A stretch of 64,000 nucleotides of DNA from positions 149,172,001 to 149,236,000 of the forward strand of contig NC_043000.1 of assembly GCF_006345805.1 (NCBI RefSeq), given 5' to 3'. Positions 50,273 through 62,038 of this stretch are shown in pieces. Below the pieces are notes generated by a model, which saw nothing but the letters and a program-made list of their open reading frames with translations, was not told where the DNA came from and did no database searches. The translations under genes and the position numbers were made by a program. Within the stretch, counting starts at the first letter, position 1; each line of letters opens with the position of its first letter. This DNA is from Octopus sinensis. Lineage: Eukaryota.

Positions 50273-50635
50273 CTATGCACTTGAAAATTTTGTTTCCAGA
50301 ATTCCAACTTTCAGGATCAAAGCACTTGATTTAATGTATGTATGTGTGTATGTGTGTGTATATATATCTATATATATACGCCTGTGTCATCCTTGTTTTT
50401 AACCGTTACTGTCTTCAAAAAAGTTTTTTTTTCGTTTCATGTTCGTCTCTGTTGCGTTGCATTCTTTCCTTCTGGGGCTGGCCGATTCAGAGCAGATCTC
50501 AGAATTAAACAGCTGAAATTTGCAATGATGAATTGGTTTCTGACTGAAGAATGAAGGCTTTGAATGACCCGTCTGTTTTTTATGTTTGTCCCTTTGTGTA
50601 TTTCACGTTATTTATATTTATATATGTAAAGGCTT

Positions 50636-50675
<40 letters not shown>

Positions 50676-50678
<3 letters not shown>

Positions 50679-51654
50679 TATATAGAGGGCATTACTATAC
50701 ATAAATGCCACATGCTAGGAGGGACTTTTAAAGTCAAAACTACCAAAATAAATAAACACATCGTACCGAATGCAAGTCTCGAAGCAAGTCACTTAAAAAC
50801 AGAATTTAGCTGCATATCACCGTGATTTCATAATTAGTGCAGTAATGCACTTTTTAATCCTCAGTGCAAGAATAATTCAAGATATGTAACGAATGAACAA
50901 AATCAACATACCTGACGAACAACCAATGTATCCAGGCCGATGCCAGACTCCCCTGGTACCTGTGCCGGTGGCATGTAAAAAGCACCCGCTACACCCATGG
51001 AGTGGTTGGCGTTAGGAAGGGCATCCAGCTGTAGAAACACTGCCAGATCAGACTGGAGCCTGGTGCAGCCCCTGGCTTCCCAGACCCCAGTTAAACCGTC
51101 CAACCCGTGCTAGCGCGGAAAACAGACGTTAAACGATGATGATGATGATGATGATGTAGCATATAGAAATGTTCAAAAAAATTGGTGGATTTTTTTCTCT
51201 TATGAGGTTTTTCAAGCTAACTACTTGATAAATTCTTATAAAGATTTTATCCTGTTTTTAAATTGTAAATTTAACTGGAGTATATTCAGTACTGAATTTT
51301 TATTCTGAATAAGCATGTTGTTACCGAAATGCAATTTAAAAAAGCCCACCATTTACATAGAAGTGTAAAGGGTGAACATTTCTATATGCTACGTTGGATA
51401 CATTGGTTGTTCGTCTGGTATGTTGATTTTGTTCATTCGTTATAAATCTTGAATTATTCTTGCACTGAGGATTAAAAAGTGCATTACTGCATTAATTATG
51501 AAATCATGGTGATATGCAGCTAAATTCTGTTTGTTAAATGACTTGCTTTGAGAGTTGCATTCGGTACAATGTGTTTATTTATTTTGGTAGTTTTGACTTT
51601 AAGAGTCCCTCCTAGCGTGTAGCATTTATGTATAGTAATGCCCTCTATATAATA
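50676..51654. mobile_element. Long-TIR fold-back element, TA-flanked, with an RTE tail inserted in its left arm
   Basis: 50676-50935 plus 51156-51176 is the reverse complement of 51373-51654. Confidence 0.75.
50935..51156 (+). mobile_element. RTE 3'UTR tail-only copy nested in the fold-back element
   Basis: Terminal tail and (GAT)n. Confidence 0.85.
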
Positions 51655-51763
51655 TAAATAAATATATTTAAGTGAAAAAATTGCTGAATTTTTTCTCTTA
51701 TGAGGTTTTTCACGCTAACTACTTGATAAATTCTTATAAAGATTTTATCCTATTTTTAAATTG

Positions 51764-51764
<1 letters not shown>

Positions 51765-51795
<31 letters not shown>

Positions 51796-51867
51796 TGTAT
51801 GTATGTATGTATGTATGTATGTATGTATGTATGTATGTATGTATGTATGTATGTATATGCTTATGTA

Positions 51868-51914
<47 letters not shown>

Positions 51915-51987
51915 ATGTATGTATGTATGTATGTATGTATGTATGTATGTGCTTATGTATGTGCGTGTGTGTGTGTGTGTGTGTGTA
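51765..51987 (+). repeat. Compound (TATG)n(TG)n microsatellite, duplicated
   Basis: Directly visible. Confidence 0.95.
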
Positions 51988-52334
51988 TTATATCAATATA
52001 TATGATATGTTATGTGTGCTGTGTCTGAAGATGTTGAATTTGTTCCATTGTATTAGATTTTCTGTCTAAATCATTCTACATGAGCCAGAGATGTTCTGTT
52101 TATTTTTTGTATTTGTCTCATAATATTTATTGAAACAGTGTAAAGTTTTCTAAATTATCCAACAACTTCCTTGCTGTAACAGTATCTCTTGTTAGTTAAT
52201 CTGTTTGTCTTTTGAATTTGAACTTTCATCCTACTTCCTTAATACTTAAGACACTATATTACATAAAGTCATGCTGATTAAGGGGAGATTAAACAAAAGG
52301 AGTGGGAATGACAGATATGCAGGGTAGAACCTTC

Positions 52335-52657
52335 CGTTTCGCGACCGTTGCCAGCACCGCCCCGTTTCGTGTCCGTTGCCAGCCTCGCCTGGCCCTTGTG
52401 CCGGTGGCACATAAAAAGCACCATCCGTTCGTGGCCGTTTGCCAGCTCTGTCTGGCACCTGTGCGGGTGGCACGTAAAAAGCACCCACTACACTCACGGA
52501 GTGGTTGGCGTTAGGAAGGGCATCCAGCCGTAGTAACACTGCCAGATTTGACTGGGCCTGCTGAAGCCTTCTGGCTTCACAGACCCCAGTAGAACCGTCC
52601 AACCCATGCTAGCATGGAAAACGGACGCTAAACGATGATGATGATGATGATGATGAT
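52335..52657 (+). mobile_element. RTE 3'UTR tail-only copy (near-identical inverted copy at 62370-62688)
   Basis: Shared distinctive start CCGTTGCCAGCACCGCCCCGTTTCGTGTCCG. Confidence 0.85.
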
Positions 52658-52909
52658 GAACTGTCAAGAAATAATTTGTTCTGAGGTCATTGGTATTTTA
52701 ATCAAAATGAAACTAAATCAATCTCTCTCTCTCTCTCATGCACACACACACACAAATATTAAACTCTTGTTTTCAAAGTATTATCGCTCATATAACATTT
52801 ATGAATTTTGTATATTTTTTTCTTTCTTTTTATTCTGTTTTTCCATGCTTGCTCTACCAGAAACTAACCCTTCTTTCTTTTTCCAAGAAAAGGATAACAC
52901 ATTGCACGT

Positions 52910-53330
52910 AATACCATCCGTTCGTGACCGTTGCCAGCCTCGCCTGGCCCCCGTGCCGGTGGCACGTAAAAGCACCATCCGTTCGTGGCCGTTGCCAGCC
53001 TCGCCTGGCCCCCATGCCGGTGGCACGTAAAAGCACCATCCGATCGTGGCCGTTGCCAGCCTCGCCTGGCCCACGTGCCGGTGGCACGTAATAAGCACCA
53101 TCCGTCCGTGGCCGTTTGCCAGCTCCATCTGGCACCTGTGCGGGTGGCACGTAAAAAGCACCCACTACACTAACGGTATAGTTGGCGTTAGGAAAGGCAT
53201 CCAGCCATAGAAACACTGCCAGATCAGACTGGGCCTGGTGCAGCCTTCTGGCTTCACAGACCCCAGTTGAACCGTCCAACCCATGCTAGCATGGAGAACG
53301 GACGTTAAACGATGGTGATGATGACGATGA
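52910..53330 (+). mobile_element. RTE 3'UTR tail-only copy with 4-5 repeat units
   Basis: Tandem GGTGGCACGTAAAAGCACCATCCG units. Confidence 0.85.
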
Positions 53331-53524
53331 TGTACTTGTGTATATAGATATTCATATGTATGAATGTATGTGTGTGGTGTTTATGTGTGTGTGTGTGCAT
53401 ATGTGTATATGGCTGTGTGGTAAGAAGTTTGCTTCCCAACCACATGGTTGTGGGTTCAGTCCCACTGTGACACATTATGTGTTGTCTACTATAGTCCCAG
53501 GGAAACCAAAGCCTTGTAACTAGA

Positions 53525-53650
53525 TTTGAGACTAGATGCAAAGTGAAAAAAGCCCATTGTATGTATCATCATCATCATCATCATCATCGTTTAGCGTCCG
53601 TGATGATGATACATACAATGGGCTTTTTTCACTTTGCATCTAGTCTCAAA
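53525..53650. repeat. Perfect 50-bp inverted duplication with an RTE micro-tail in the spacer
   Basis: 53525-53574 equals the reverse complement of 53601-53650. Confidence 0.9.
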
Positions 53651-53750
53651 AAGTTAATCCAAACAGAAAGCACAAAAAAACACAACAACGCGAGGACGTG
53701 GAACAAATAAAGTATTATTGGACGCTCAGGAAAGAAGGAAAGAAGGAGGG

Positions 53751-53783
53751 CTTAACGTTTCAAGCGGAGCTCTTCGTCGGAAA
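53751..53783 (-). ncRNA. Minimal hammerhead-like motif (CCGACGA core) in a PLE pLTR-like fragment
   Basis: TTT-CCGACGA-A-GAGC(TCC)GCTT-GAA-ACGT-T-AAG; palindromic ACGT stem III. Confidence 0.5.
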
Positions 53784-54099
53784 CATAGGAGAAGGAAAGA
53801 TCCAGAGAAGGGAAGACAGAGGAAAAAAAATCGCCAACGGTACACACGAGGTCGTGTGTGTGTGTGTGTGTGTGTTCGTGTGTTTATGCTTGTGTGTGTA
53901 TTTTTGCCTGTTTGTCCACCGCATCTGCTTGACAACCTCTGTTGGTTTGTTTTTCTCCCTGTAACTTAGCAGATCAGTAAAAAGAAACTGCTAGAATAAG
54001 TACCAGGCTGAAAACATAATGCTGCGATTGATTCATTCAACTTGCAACTACAAGGTGGCGCTTCAGCTTGGATGCAGTTCAATGAACTGAAACAAAGGA

Positions 54100-54696
54100 T
54101 CAATGTGCGTGTGCATATATATATGTATATATATATATATATATATAATATATATAATATATGTATATAATATGTATGTATATATATGTATGTTAGATAT
54201 ATGGTATGTATATATATGTATGTATATATATATATGTATGTATCTATATGTCTGTATATATATATGTGGATGTATATATATATATGTAGTATATATAATA
54301 TATGTATGTATATATATATATGTATGTATATATATATATATATATGTTTATATATATATATGTTTATATATATATATGTTTATATATATATATATGTATT
54401 ATATATATATATGTTTATATATATATATATATGTTTATATATGATTGATTGATTGATTGATTCTAGTTTCAGCTTATGAGCTTGTGGCCATGCTGGGGCA
54501 CCGCCATTTGGTGTTGCTACTTGGTTCACTTCATGGAGGCTTTCTAGCAACTGCTATTTGGTGTGCATGAGAGAGTTCGATGCAGCTGCCCTCATCTGCC
54601 CCTCCTGCCGTGAAGTTGGTTCATCTGGACACCTGACAGGAAGAGATCCAGCTTCATTTTAAAGACATCTGTATCCACCCCATGCAGGTGGATACG

Positions 54697-54727
<31 letters not shown>

Positions 54728-54759
54728 TATATATATATATGTATATTATATATATATAG

Positions 54760-54795
<36 letters not shown>

Positions 54796-54815
54796 TGTAT
54801 ATATATGTATATATG

Positions 54816-54849
<34 letters not shown>

Positions 54850-54882
54850 ATATATATTATATATTGTATATATATGTTATGT

Positions 54883-54917
<35 letters not shown>

Positions 54918-54922
54918 TATGT

Positions 54923-54963
<41 letters not shown>

Positions 54964-55077
54964 TATGTATGTATATATAATATGTATGTATATATATATA
55001 TGTATGTATATATATATATGTATGTATATATATATATATTATGTTTATATATATATATGTTTATATATATATATGTT

Positions 55078-55108
<31 letters not shown>

Positions 55109-55392
55109 GTTTATATATATATATATATGTTTATATATGATTGATTGATTGATTGATTCTAGTTTCAGCTTATGAGCTGTGGCCATGCTGGGGCACCGCC
55201 ATTTGGTGTTGCTACTTGGTTTCACTTCATGGAGGCTTTCTAGCAACTGCTATTTGGTGCATGAGAGAGTTCGATGCAGCTGCCCTCATCTGCTGCCCTC
55301 CTGCCGTGAAGTTGGTTCATCTGGACACCTGACAGGAAGAGATCCAGCTTCATTTTAAAGACATCTGTATCCACCCCATGCAGGTGGATACG

Positions 55393-55432
<40 letters not shown>

Positions 55433-55438
55433 GATATG

Positions 55439-55505
<67 letters not shown>

Positions 55506-55514
55506 GTATATATG

Positions 55515-55548
<34 letters not shown>

Positions 55549-55606
55549 TGTGTATATATATATATATATATATGTGTAATATATGTATATATGTATATAT
55601 ATGTAC
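54100..55606 (+). repeat. Large interrupted (TA)n/(TATG)n low-complexity region
   Basis: Directly visible; source of many spurious YI/IY ORFs. Confidence 0.9.
54442..55392 (+). repeat. Tandem duplication (period about 696) of a 255-bp retroposon tail plus TA-rich microsatellite
   Basis: 54442-54696 is near-identical to 55138-55392; (AATC)n tail on the minus strand. Confidence 0.85.
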
Positions 55607-57422
55607 GTTTAAATATTTGTTGTGCAAGATTTTTATTTGAAGTCGTGTGTTGAAACAGATATTGTTATATTCGGAATGGTCATATTGCCAGTTTAGCCAT
55701 AAAAACACACGCACTATATATTTGGTGTTATTTTGCTTCAGTGATATTTATTTTTTACATTAATCTTAATCTTATTTCGGCCAAAGTTCTTTCGTCACAC
55801 TCCTGTGGACCGCATCAGTGGTCCTTTGTTTTCTTCTCACTTACTTGTGTCTCTCCTTACTAACCGTCAGCCATTTTGTATTTCTATTGTATGTCTTCAT
55901 TTGCGCATGCTTATATCTCTATGTGCGTCTATGTTTATTTAGTGTGTGTGTGGGGGATGCCTGTAATATTTGTATCTTCTGGTTATATACATTCTTGTAA
56001 TTTGTATTTTGTTTTTGTTGTTGTTGCTTTTGTTCTAATTTTGTTCATGTGTTTACATCCACCCATTATATCATTACACTGCTTGTAGTTATGTATATTA
56101 TAACAACCATATTAGTATAATATAAATAATCTAATCAAAAAAAAAAAAAGAAAAAGATATACATATACATATACATAATATATATATATACATATATACA
56201 CACATATATACACATACAACATATACATATATATACACATATACATATATATAGATATTCATTTCTATTCTTTAATTATCTGTGTTTTTATTATGTTTGC
56301 AGGATCCACTATTGTCATATTTGTGGTGGTGCGCTATTGCTCCATTCTAGTTTTCTATTCAGGCTAGGTTTATTTTCTATTATATGTGTAGCTCTGTAAT
56401 TTGTCTAATTGTTGCATCTGTTCTATGTGTGGACAATATCTTAATCTCTATGTTATTGATTGATCCCCCGTGGTTCTTGTTCGGCGTGTTGGTACAGAAT
56501 CGATGAAGCTTTTACCTTCCTTGAGTTGTCTCCAATGTTCATTCACCTGCTCCCAATGCTTCTTGCAGTTTCCCCTACGTATGTTACTGTCTTGTTACTG
56601 CATCGTCCCTCTATACATCTTATACTAATAGCCACATTTCTGGCTTTACAGTTCGTTTGTGGGCTAAATCTACATACAGTGCATATTATCCGTACAGAGA
56701 GTTCTACAAAGGATAGCTTCTAACAATTATAGATCTGATAGGGTTGCCTGGCTTTTCAACAACCTTAATCTTAGTTTAAGTTATCTAGGGTCCTTCTAAA
56801 GCGGTACATATCTATATATATGTATATGTGTATATTATATTATATGTATATGTGTATATATGTGTGTATATGTATATATATATATATGTATATGTATATG
56901 TATTAATATGTATTGTATATTCTTTTTTTTTTTTTTTTTTTTTTCGATTAGATTTATTATTATTATTACTAATATTGTTGTTATACATACATACAAGCAT
57001 ATGTAATGATAATAATGGGTGGATGTAAACACATGAACAAAATTAGAACAAAAGCAACAACAACAAAAACAAAATACAAATTACAAGAATGTATATAACC
57101 AGAAGATACAAATATTACAGGCATCCCCCCACACACACACTAAATAAACATAGACGCACATAGAGATATAAGCATGCGCAAATGAAGACATACAATAGAA
57201 ATACAAAATGGCTGACGGTTAGTAAGGAGAGACACAAGTAAGTGAGAAGAAAACAAAGGACCACTGATGCGGTCACAGGAGTGTGACGAAAGAACTTTGG
57301 CCGAATAAGATTAAGATTAATGTAAAAAATAAATATCACTGAAGCAAAATAACACCAAATATATAGTGCGTGTGTTTTTATTGGCTAAACTGGCAATATG
57401 ACCATTCCAAAATATAACAATA
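55607..57422 (-). mobile_element. 5'-truncated Penelope-like element: GIY-YIG endonuclease remnant with a 3' pseudo-LTR and an inverted pLTR copy
   Basis: Minus strand 56300-56800 reads KIKVVEKPG...NCKARNV..IRC...C...YVGETARSIGSR.NEH...LYQH...IKIL...RQITE...PSLNRKLEW. 55660-56220 and 56815-57422 are reverse complements. Confidence 0.85.
57261..57300 (+). ncRNA. Degenerate minimal hammerhead-like motif in the PLE pLTR (mirror copy at 55781-55821, minus strand)
   Basis: CCA-CTGATGC-G-GTCAC(AGGAGT)GTGAC-GAA-AGAACT-T-TGG; A9 replaced by C. Confidence 0.45.
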
Positions 57423-57470
57423 TGTATATATATGTATATATGTATATATATGTATATATGTATATATATG

Positions 57471-57505
<35 letters not shown>

Positions 57506-57682
57506 GTATATATGTATATATATGTATATATATGTATATATCATCATCATCATCATCATCATCATCATTTAGCGTCCGTTTTCCATGCTAGCATGATATA
57601 TGTATATATATATGTATATATATGTATATGTATATATATATGTATATGTATATATATATGTATATGTATATATATATATCTC

Positions 57683-58055
57683 TCTCTATATAAACGGCAG
57701 TTTGTCTGTGCGTGTTTCTGTGTGTCTGTTTTCTCGTACCCTCACCCTGACCACGGCTTTCAACCGATTCTGATGAAACTTGACACACACATAGCCCAAT
57801 GTCATAATTAAAAACTAACGCAGCGAAAATTTTGAAAAGTTCCCCCAGTTCTGAAAAAAATCGATAAATTCGACATGGGGTCGAGAATCAGAAACACAAA
57901 CCGCAAACTGTCTAGGGGACGCAACTCACCTTTTTTTAACTAAAAAAAATTTACCATCATTTTTTTCCATCTTTTGCTATTTTTTGGCTATACTCTCTAA
58001 AAGCTTTATAGTTATTTCCCTTACAAACCTGAGCAACGCCGGGCGATACTGCTAG
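57683..58055 (+). mobile_element. Non-autonomous Helitron (mosaic)
   Basis: 5' TCTCTATATAAACGGC resembles 44765; the last ~110 nt match the 26330 family and end GCAACGCCGGGCGATACTGCTAG|T. Confidence 0.75.
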
Positions 58056-58057
58056 TG

Positions 58058-58092
<35 letters not shown>

Positions 58093-58094
<2 letters not shown>

Positions 58095-61000
58095 CATCAT
58101 CATCGTTTAACGTCCGCTTTCCATGCTAGCATGGGTTGGACGGTTCAACTGGGGTCTGGCAAGCCCGAAGGCTGCACCAGGCCAGTCAGATCTGGCAGTG
58201 TTTCTACAGCTGGATGCCCTTCCTAACGCCAACCACTCCGAGAGTGTAGTGGGTGAATTTATGTGCCACTGACACAGGTGCCAGACGAGGCTGGCAGACG
58301 GTCACGCTCGGATGGTGTTTTTTATGTGCCACCGACACAGGTGCCAGACGAGGCTGGCAGACGGCCACGCTCGGATGGTGTTTTCTTATGTGTCACCGAC
58401 ACAGGTGCCAGACGAGGCTGGCGCACGGCCACGCTCGGATGGTGTTTGTTACGTGCCCTCAGCACGGAAGCCAGTCAATGCGGTACTGGCTACGGTCACA
58501 TTCGGATGGTTTTCTTATGTGCCACCGTCACTGGTACCACAAGGATACAAATTCCATTGATGTTCATCTATTTTGATTTGGTTTGATTTGATTTGATTTT
58601 CACTTGCCTCAACAGGTCTTCACAAGTGTCACAAGAAGGAAGGTATGCACAGGTGGACTGACTACGTCCCAGGTAGGGGCCACGGGTTATGGCTTCACTA
58701 GTCTTGCCGGGTCTTCTCACGCACAGCATACTTCCATAGGTCTCGGTCTCTAGTCATTTCCATGGTGAGACCTAACGTCCGAAGGTCGTGCTTCACCACC
58801 TCGTCCCAGGTTTTCCTGGGTCTACCTCTTCCACGGGTTCCCTCAACTGCTAGGGATTGGCACTTTCTCACACACCTATCTTCATCCATTCTCGCCACAT
58901 GACCATACCAGCGCAATCGTCTCTCTTGCACACCACAACTGATGCTTCTTAGGTACAACATTTCTCTCAAGGTACTAACGCTCTGTCGAGTATGTACACT
59001 GACATTACACATCCATCGGAGCATACTGGCTTCATTCCTCATGAGCTTACGCATGTCCTCAGCAGTCACGGCCCATGTTTCACTGCCATGTAGCATAGCT
59101 GTTCGTACACATGCATCATACAGTCTGCCTTTTACTCTGAGCGAGAGGCCTTTAGTCACCAGCAGAGGTAAGAGCTCCCTAAACTTTGCCCAGGCTATTC
59201 TTATTCTAGCAGTTACACTTTCAGCGCACCCCCCCCACTACTGACTTGGTCACCTAGATAGCGGAAGCTATCAACTACTTCTAGTTTTTCCCCCGGAAAG
59301 TGACGGAAGTTGTTTTCTGCAGATTTTCGGAGGTCAATGCTCCCGAGCATCTGCCACATACAAAAACTATCTTCCCAGTTAGCCTACCTTTGACATTGCT
59401 GCACCTCTTATGTGTCCATAGCTTACACTGGTACATCTTATAGAGTTTTTACCTACACCTTTTCTACAGATCGAGCAGGGCCATCTTCCTGAGGTATTTG
59501 TGGATTGTCTACCTTTCTACTTATTAGTACTTTGGTTTTAGCTAGGTGACTCTAAGGCCCTCGATTCTAAATCCTCCTTCCACACCTGGAACTTCTCCTC
59601 CAGTTCTGATAGTGACTCAGCAATTAGAGCGAGGTCGTCAGCATAGAGGAGCTCCCAGGGGCAACCTGTCTTGAATTCCTCCACAATTGCCTGGAGGACT
59701 ATGATAAATAGGAGGGGGCTGAGTACTGAACCCTGGTGGACTCCAACCTCTACTTTGAATTCTTCTGTGTACATGTTGCCAACCCTAACCTTACTTACAG
59801 CATCTCTGTACATGGCTTGCACAGCCCTCACCAGCCATTCATCTATCCCTAGTTTCCTCATTGACCACCAGATGAGGGATCGGGGGACCCTATCAAAGGC
59901 TTTCTCCATGTCAACGAAAGCCAGGTACAGGGGCTTATCTTTGGCTAGGTATTTCTCCTGCAGCTGCCTTACCAGGAATATAGCATCAGTGGTGCTTTTC
60001 CCTGGCACGAACCCAAACTGCATCTCATCTAAACTAACTCTCTCTCTAATTAGTTGGGCTATGACTCTCTCCGTAACTTTCATTACTGATCCAACAGCTT
60101 GATACCTCTGTAATTATTTGTATCTAGGGCATCACCTTTACCTTTGTAGCAGTTGACTAGTATGCTGCTACACCAGTCATGGGTATGACTCCTTCGTGTA
60201 TCACCTGATTACTATAGGTGACTAGGCTTATAGCCGACACTACCAGACATTTTGAGCATCTCTGCAGTGATTCCTGATGGGCCTGGGGCTTTCCCTGTCT
60301 TCATGCTTCTAATTGCCTTAGCTACCACGGAACTATCAACGCGGATAGCTGGTCCCTCTGTTGGGTCAACATTCGGCAGACTCTCTTTATCCCATTCATT
60401 TTCTTTATTCAGCAACCTTTCATAGTGGCATCTCCAAACCTCTCTCTTTCCATCCTCATTTAGCGCAAGTGAACCATCATCCATGCGAACACACTTCTCT
60501 CCTACCACATCACGATTCTCTCTCACACACTGTCTTGCAACACGAAATACCTCAAGTCTTTCATCCTCACGGCTCAGAACATTGGCAAATTTTTTCTTAT
60601 CCGCTTCCCCTCTGGCTAAATAAACCTGTCTCCTAGCTTCCCTTCTGGCTGTCTGATACAATTCCCTGCTACCACTGTTCTTCCAGTCCTTCCAAGCCTG
60701 TCTCTTTTGTCTAATAGCCCTGTCAACCACAGTGTTCCACCACCATGTTACTCTGGGTCGAGATGGTACTTTGCTCCATCCACAGATCTGTTCAGTGGCT
60801 GTCAGCAGATTGTCCCGTAGGAATCTCCAGTTGTCTTCCACATTAAGTGAAGCTATATCCCCTTCTATTTCGTCAAAGGCTTCGAGTAGTATGTCTCTAA
60901 ATCTCTGTCCATTTGCAGGATCTTTAAGCTTCCAGACCCTTCTCCTCCAAGCTGGTCTTCTTCTGGGCAACCATTTAGCTCTGATCCTGAAGTCGCTAAC

Positions 61001-61631
61001 TACTAATCTATGTTGGGGAGTACATTCTTCGCCTGGAAAGGTTTTGGCATTTATAATCAGCCCTCTTTCCCTTTTTCTGGCAAGGATGTAGTCAATCTGG
61101 CTGGTGTGTCTGCCAGAACGGTAGGTGACTAGGTGAGAGGTGGGTTTCCTGAAGTTGGTATTGCAGACCATAAGGTCATTTGCATCGCAGAACTCCAGCA
61201 GCCTGGTTCCTTCCTCATTACGAGAGCCAAAACCGTAGCCTCCATGGACGCCATGGAAGCCCCCGACATGTCGTCCAACATGTCCATTGAAATCACCTGC
61301 CATGAAGAGAAGGTCACTGTCATTTGTCAATGAGGTAGTCCGCAATAGGGTGTCATAGAATTGGTCTTTTTGTCCTTCCGGTAGCCCTGGTTGAGGGGCA
61401 TATGCCGAGATGATGGTAGCTGTCCTATGGTGAAGGACTAATCTAATTTTAATTACTCTGTCACTTACTCTGACTACCTTGATTACCTTACCTACCCATT
61501 TCTCCGCAAGAAGTATACCCACGCCCCCGACCCCGTCAGTGTTCCCTGCCCAGAAAATCTTGTACCTGTGTTCCTTCCCTGTGAGGAGCCTAGCGGAACC
61601 TCCTCTCCACCTTACTTCCTGGATACAGCAT
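58093..61631 (-). mobile_element. RTE-clade LINE, near full-length ORF2 (APE endonuclease + RT + PHD), slightly 5'-truncated, frameshifted as assembled
   Basis: Track ORFs 60212-61654 (CCIQEVRW, AGDFNGHVG, SQIDYIL, QHRLVV), 59538-60083 (QFGF, FVDMEKAFDRV, YADD) and 58698-59159. Near-identical to 1-1788 in inverted orientation; (TA)n on both sides. Confidence 0.96.
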
Positions 61632-61651
61632 ATATATATATATATATATAT

Positions 61652-61968
61652 CACCGTGACACCGTGATCACCGTGACTGACCAGGCTCTCAGATGTTGCT
61701 ACACATCGCTGGTCACAATGCGCCTCACATTGTTTTAGCCTTTAAATGACGCCACACCGCTGGCTAAGCGAGCAGGCCAACAGAAGAAAGAGTGAGAGAA
61801 AGTTGTGGCGAAAGAATACAGCAGGGATCGCTACCATCCCCTGCCGGAGCATCGTGGAGCTTTAGGTGTTTTTGTTCAATAAACACTCACAACGCCCGGT
61901 CTGGGAATCGAAACTGCGATCCTATGACCGTGAGTCCGCTGCCCTAACCACTGGGTTTTTGCGCCTCC
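61652..61968 (-). mobile_element. SINE with a family-C-like head and a (CACGGTGAT)-type tail
   Basis: Head shared with family C; body diverges. Confidence 0.7.
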
Positions 61969-62038
61969 ACATATATATAATCAGAAATATTAAATTTCTA
62001 AATATCTCATAGAGATATATACGGTGGTGGGGTGATAG

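Noticed and set aside
54103-55714. Many ORFs rich in YI/IY/CV/HT repeats, here and throughout the track
   Set aside because: They are translations of (TA)n, (TG)n, (TATG)n and (CAT)n microsatellites or SINE bodies; no domain content or splice support.
57765-57790. CTGATGAAAC motif
   Set aside because: No stem II between CUGAUGA and GAAA; it lies inside a Helitron body.
61632-61654. ATG start of the 480-aa ORF (MIYIYIYI)
   Set aside because: The start comes from flanking (TA)n, not from the element; the LINE is 5'-truncated here.
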